A stretch of DNA of 37,144 nt from NCBI RefSeq assembly GCF_001194135.2, contig NC_068981.1, positions 175,229,290 to 175,266,433 on the forward strand, in the 5' to 3' direction. Shown here piece by piece: positions 33,023-37,144 of this stretch. Source of the stretch: Octopus bimaculoides (lineage: Eukaryota). The first letter of the stretch is position 1. Each line of letters opens with the position of its first letter. Under the pieces are notes generated by a model. It worked only from the letters and a program-made list of their open reading frames with translations, had not been told where the DNA came from and ran no database searches. The translations under genes and the position numbers were made by a program.

Positions 33023-33777
33023 ATGAGTGTGAATGTGTGAGCGTTGAATACAAAAGTGCTGAAGTTTCGTTATTCCCGTTGTTTATTCAGAGCCAAGATT
33101 TCTGTTTACAGTCTGTATGTCAGTTCTCGTTAACGTACATGTAACTCCTCTTCAATACTGTGAAGTTAGATGGCAGAAGTCATCCATTTTGCTAATGGCA
33201 TGCCAACACGCCACTTACCTCTTTCTTTCCTCTCCCTCTCTCTCCTTCTCTCTCCCCTCTCTCTTTCTAAGCGCGCACACACACACACATGTATATACAT
33301 GCATATATATGTGTGTGTGTGTGTGTGTATATATATATACATATATATAGAAATATGTATGCATCCATCTATCTCCCACTATCTCTCACACGCTATATAG
33401 AAATACACAGACACACACACATATATATACTTCCATTTTTGTTTCCGTCCTCACAGATAAATTTTTGTTCTTTACACTTTCAATTATTTGGTTGGGTTTC
33501 TTTCATCAGCATTTCTTATTTTATTCCCCTTCTATCACATATCAGATTTAAAAACAATTAGGTTCTCAGCCGTTCGTTGTTGTTGTTTTTTTGTTTTTTT
33601 TTTCTCCTTTCTTTTTCTGAAATTTCATTCTTACATTCGATCCTCATTTCTCACCTTAACTAGGCCCTATTGAAACAATATCTTCATTTCTTCTCCTCTA
33701 ACTCTCAAAAGCTCTATTATCCATTTAGCTCCCTAATATCATAAAAGCTAGTTCCTCTTTCAAATTTGCTCAATGTT

Positions 33778-33932
33778 NNNNNNNNNNNNNNNNNNNNNNN
33801 NNNNNNNNNNNNNNNNNNNNNNNNNNNNNNNNNNNNNNNNNNNNNNNNNNNNNNNNNNNNNNNNNNNNNNNNNNNNNNNNNNNNNNNNNNNNNNNNNNNN
33901 NNNNNNNNNNNNNNNNNNNNNNNNNNNNNNNN
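33778..33932. other. Assembly gap
   Basis: Run of N. Confidence 1.
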
Positions 33933-33943
33933 ATATATATACA

Positions 33944-33975
<32 letters not shown>

Positions 33976-34273
33976 CGGAAGCATACATGCATATGTTAAT
34001 ACATATATATTTTACATATGAACATCATGATGATATATATATATATATTTTACATTGTCCTATCTTTTCATTCAGTTCTTCATGTCCACTCACTTATCCC
34101 AGCGGCGTTTACTATTCTTGCAAATACCAAAAGGAAGAACCTTATTGGTGATGGGGCGAAATTCTGAAGATTTTTGGTTGACAACTGATGTGGGACGACC
34201 ATGTTCGAATCTTTTGTGTGTTTTTACCCCTTGTTGCCCTTCTGTGCAACATTTTACTGTTGTATACATACAT

Positions 34274-34496
34274 GCTCCAGTTCATTCAGCCTTAGTAATA
34301 AGTTGCGACATCACAAGTGCGAAGCTGTATCGGCCTTTGCTTTTCTCTTGGATAACATACGTGGCGTGGAGAGGGGAGGCCTGTATGCATGGGCGGCTGC
34401 TGGTCTTCCATTAACAACGTTTCCCAGACTTGTGCCTCGGAGGGGGACTTTCTAAGTGTAATCCCATGGTCATTCATGACCGAAGGAGGTATTTAC
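34274..34496 (+). mobile_element. 5'-truncated SINE with the group A core and a third tail type
   Basis: GCTCCAGTTCATTCAGCC..AATAAGT matches the group A core. The GC-richer tail that follows matches no other copy in the window. No tRNA head. Confidence 0.6.
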
Positions 34497-34619
34497 ATTT
34501 TTACGTTTACACTCAGGCCGCAACACCCCCACACACACACACATTCAGCCCCGCACACTTATATATATGTGTATGTGCGTGTATGTGTGTGTATGTATGT
34601 ATTTATGTATGTATGTATG

Positions 34620-35037
34620 AAAAGTTCATACACTGATGAAAACTCTCTCATGACCAAAGGAGGCTTAGTTTTCAGCATTGTCTTCCTTGTGGTTCATACT
34701 CTTCTTCCATCGATGTTGCAGTACTTGCATCCCATTGTTGAAGATGTTTTCATCTTGTTGGTAAAAAAAGTCATCAACGGCAGATCTGACGTCTTCTTCA
34801 TTGCGACACTGATTCCGAACTAAGTAATTTTTGATATTAGGGAACAGATGATAATCAGTTGGAGGCCAAATCAGGAGAATAAGGATGATGATGAACCAGT
34901 TCAAAACCACAGTCACACACATCAGCTAGTGATAACAAGGACCTGCGTGCTGGGGCCTTGTCCTGATGAAACAAGAAACCTTTCGTCAATTTTCCTGGGT
35001 GTTTGATCTTGATATCCCTTCGCAACTGCCCCAGCAA
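34620..35037 (-). pseudogene. Mariner transposase C-terminal half (DD34D), frameshifted
   Basis: KHPGKLTKGFLFHQDKAPA..GFELVHHHPYSPDLA, a 1-bp insertion at 34863, then PTDYHLFP..LQHRWKK. After correction, 34 residues separate the second and third catalytic D. Confidence 0.92.
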
Positions 35038-35137
35038 GTGGAAACATCACTCACACACATGTGGAAACATCACACATTCTCTGTCTCTGGCTCAAATTAA
35101 TTAAGTCAACAATCACCTTGGCTTATATCTATATATA

Positions 35138-35460
35138 GTGAAGGCGCGTGGCTTAGTGGTTAATGTAATCGGCTCACGATCAGAAGGTCGTGAGTTCGAT
35201 TCCAGGCGGAGCGTTGTATCTTTGAGCAAAACCCTTTATTTTATGTTGTTGCAGTTCACTCAGCTGGTAAAAGTGTGTTGTACTTGTAATTGAAAGAGCC
35301 AGCTTTGTCACATTCGGTGTCAAGCTGAGTCTCCCTAAGAACTAAATTAAGGTAACGCGAGTCTGTGGAATGCTCAGCCACATGCATGTTAATTTCGTGA
35401 GCAGGCTGTTCTGTTTATCAAATAAACTGGAACTCTCATCGTCGTAAGTGACGGAGTGCC
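35138..35460 (+). mobile_element. tRNA-derived SINE, group A (full length)
   Basis: GTGAAGGCGCGTGGCTTAGTGG head with GAGTTCGATTCC B-box; aligns with 1250-1578. Confidence 0.9.
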
Positions 35461-35998
35461 TCTTCATCGAACTACAATGCCAATGGTTCTTGCTATACTT
35501 CACAACAATCAAGATTTAGCATGTTTATACCATAATATATGCAGGTTAATTGACTTGCAACAATTCAAAGAATGTGCCTGTCTGTGTAGGTCTGTGTGTA
35601 AGTGTGTGTGTGTGTGTGTTTGTTTGAGAGAGAATGTGTGTTAAAACATAATATTAATTACAAAGAAAGATGCATGTTCTGTAGAAACTAATTTGTATTA
35701 TGTTCTATCTCAGGAGGATTATTTACAAAGAATCTGTTAGGACTTTCGCAAGGAGGGAAGTATACATTACAGGCAGAATTCAACGGAAATAAAAGTACGG
35801 TCGAGTTAAGTACGCCACATGAGAGAGATCTCAAAATATGCCTGAAAAGCAAAAGTATATACTTTTAACGCCTCTTCTTCCATTATTCTATCCTATTAAT
35901 CTTTCGTTCAAGGTTCAATCTGTACCGAGCGTCTTCACTCTGCGTACTTTAGCTTCCTTACTACGGTAAGTCCGGTTACTTATTGATCAGACCTCGTG

Positions 35999-36000
<2 letters not shown>

Positions 36001-36036
<36 letters not shown>

Positions 36037-36040
36037 TATG

Positions 36041-36085
<45 letters not shown>
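36001..36085. repeat. (CA)n then (GATA)n microsatellite, followed by a 10-N gap (36086-36095)
   Basis: Direct reading. Confidence 0.95.
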
Positions 36086-36273
36086 NNNNNNNNNNATACA
36101 TTCATACATGCATACATACATAGATTACTCAATAGATTCAGGTGTATATGTGTGCAGTATTCTTAAATTCCGCCTTTTACGTATATACTCCAGCAAAATA
36201 AGGTCCCAGTTAACCGTTTTTGACATACATACGCCGATGTCGAAATACATACGCCGGTGTCGAAATGAATAGA

Positions 36274-36332
36274 CGTGTGTGTGCGTGTGTGTGTGCGTGC
36301 GTGTATGTGCGTGCATGCGTGCGTGTGTGTGT

Positions 36333-36371
<39 letters not shown>
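36274..36371. repeat. (GT)n/(GCGT)n microsatellite
   Basis: Direct reading. Confidence 0.95.
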
Positions 36372-36372
<1 letters not shown>

Positions 36373-36957
36373 ATTTCGTCCTGCAGGCTATCCAACAATC
36401 ATCCTGTTCACCAAGCAAGGTTCATGGAGTTGTCAGTTTAGTTGCCGACGGCCGCACCATGAACCAGGTTGTACTTGGTTACAACCTGTCAAAGGAGGGA
36501 GGGAGGGAGGGAGGAAGAGCTCATGGGCAGTCAACGACCATCCAACAATGTGTACATGTGTGTGTATGCATGTATGTGCGGGGACGTGGAAATACCTGAG
36601 TTGGCGTCCAGGTGTGCGGTTGCCGCACTAGGAGTGGGAAGTCCCTCTGTTGTCACAACGTCTCTCTAGGAAACTATGAGTAAAAATCTGCGACACTGAC
36701 AATATTCGATGATGTAGACTAGTTTTTCTTGTCGAGTTTATGTTGTCCATGTTCGGAGAGTTGGATTGGATTTGTGAAAATCTTTTCCTCACTATAAAAA
36801 AATCATAATGCACAGTCATCGCTTGAAACACAAAAGTAAAACCTGACCTAAGAATGGCTGGGCCTAGCTTTCGCATGTATGGGACTTTCGATCAAGCGAT
36901 GGGACTCTCGATCAAGCGATGGCAATACTCGAACACGTGTTTGCAGTCATCATATAT

Positions 36958-37144
36958 ACTCTTTTACTCTTTTACTTGTTTCAGCCATTTAACTGTAGCC
37001 ATGCTGGAGCACCGCCCTTAGTCAAAGAAATCGACCGCAGGACTTATTCTTTGTAAGCCTAGTACTTATTCTATCGGTCTCTTTTGCCGAACCGCTAACT
37101 TACGGGACGTAAACACACCAGCCTCGATTGTCAAGCGATGTTGG
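36958..37144 (-). mobile_element. Group C SINE 3' portion, running off the window edge
   Basis: ACTCTTTTACTTGTTTCAG..GTAAGCCTAGTACTTATTCTATCGGTC..GTCAAGCGATGTTGG matches 2709-2850. Confidence 0.88.

Noticed and set aside
36465-36488. 9-bp inverted repeat CAGGTTGTA/TACAACCTG; also a 6-bp hairpin at ~36615-36629
   Set aside because: Short enough to occur by chance in 37 kb, with no associated feature.
45-36631. Dozens of ORFs rich in CV, HT, YI, ER, SL or poly-H/poly-Y
   Set aside because: They are translations of microsatellites or run through N gaps; there is no coding evidence.

Overview
AT-rich, repeat-dominated animal genomic DNA from a draft assembly with five N gaps. I can identify no host gene with confidence. 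The SINE families and very high microsatellite density resemble Octopus (coleoid cephalopod) DNA; this is recognition from memory, not a database result. The window holds about 16 copies or fragments of three tRNA-derived SINE groups. It also holds decayed retroelements: a Neptune-like Penelope-like element (PLE) with an upstream pseudo-LTR and a deleted RT core, a solo pseudo-LTR of that family, a second PLE endonuclease type, a HERO-like R2-group LINE, and CR1-like LINE pieces. DNA transposon fossils include a DD34D mariner, a maT-like DDxD end, a Tc1-like transposase and a possible hAT MITE. There is a 343-bp tandem array running into a gap, plus older local duplications. Nearly all short ORFs in the track (CV/HT/YI/ER repeats) are microsatellite artefacts. 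The most intriguing signal is a ~50-nt hammerhead-like motif in non-canonical order (GT-H, CTG, GAAAC, 22 nt, CTGATGA). It occurs twice with a gap-free alignment (16290-16343 +, 31713-31766 -) and possibly a third time next to a PLE endonuclease fragment. No rRNA, intact tRNA, CRISPR array or intact transposase/RT gene is supported.
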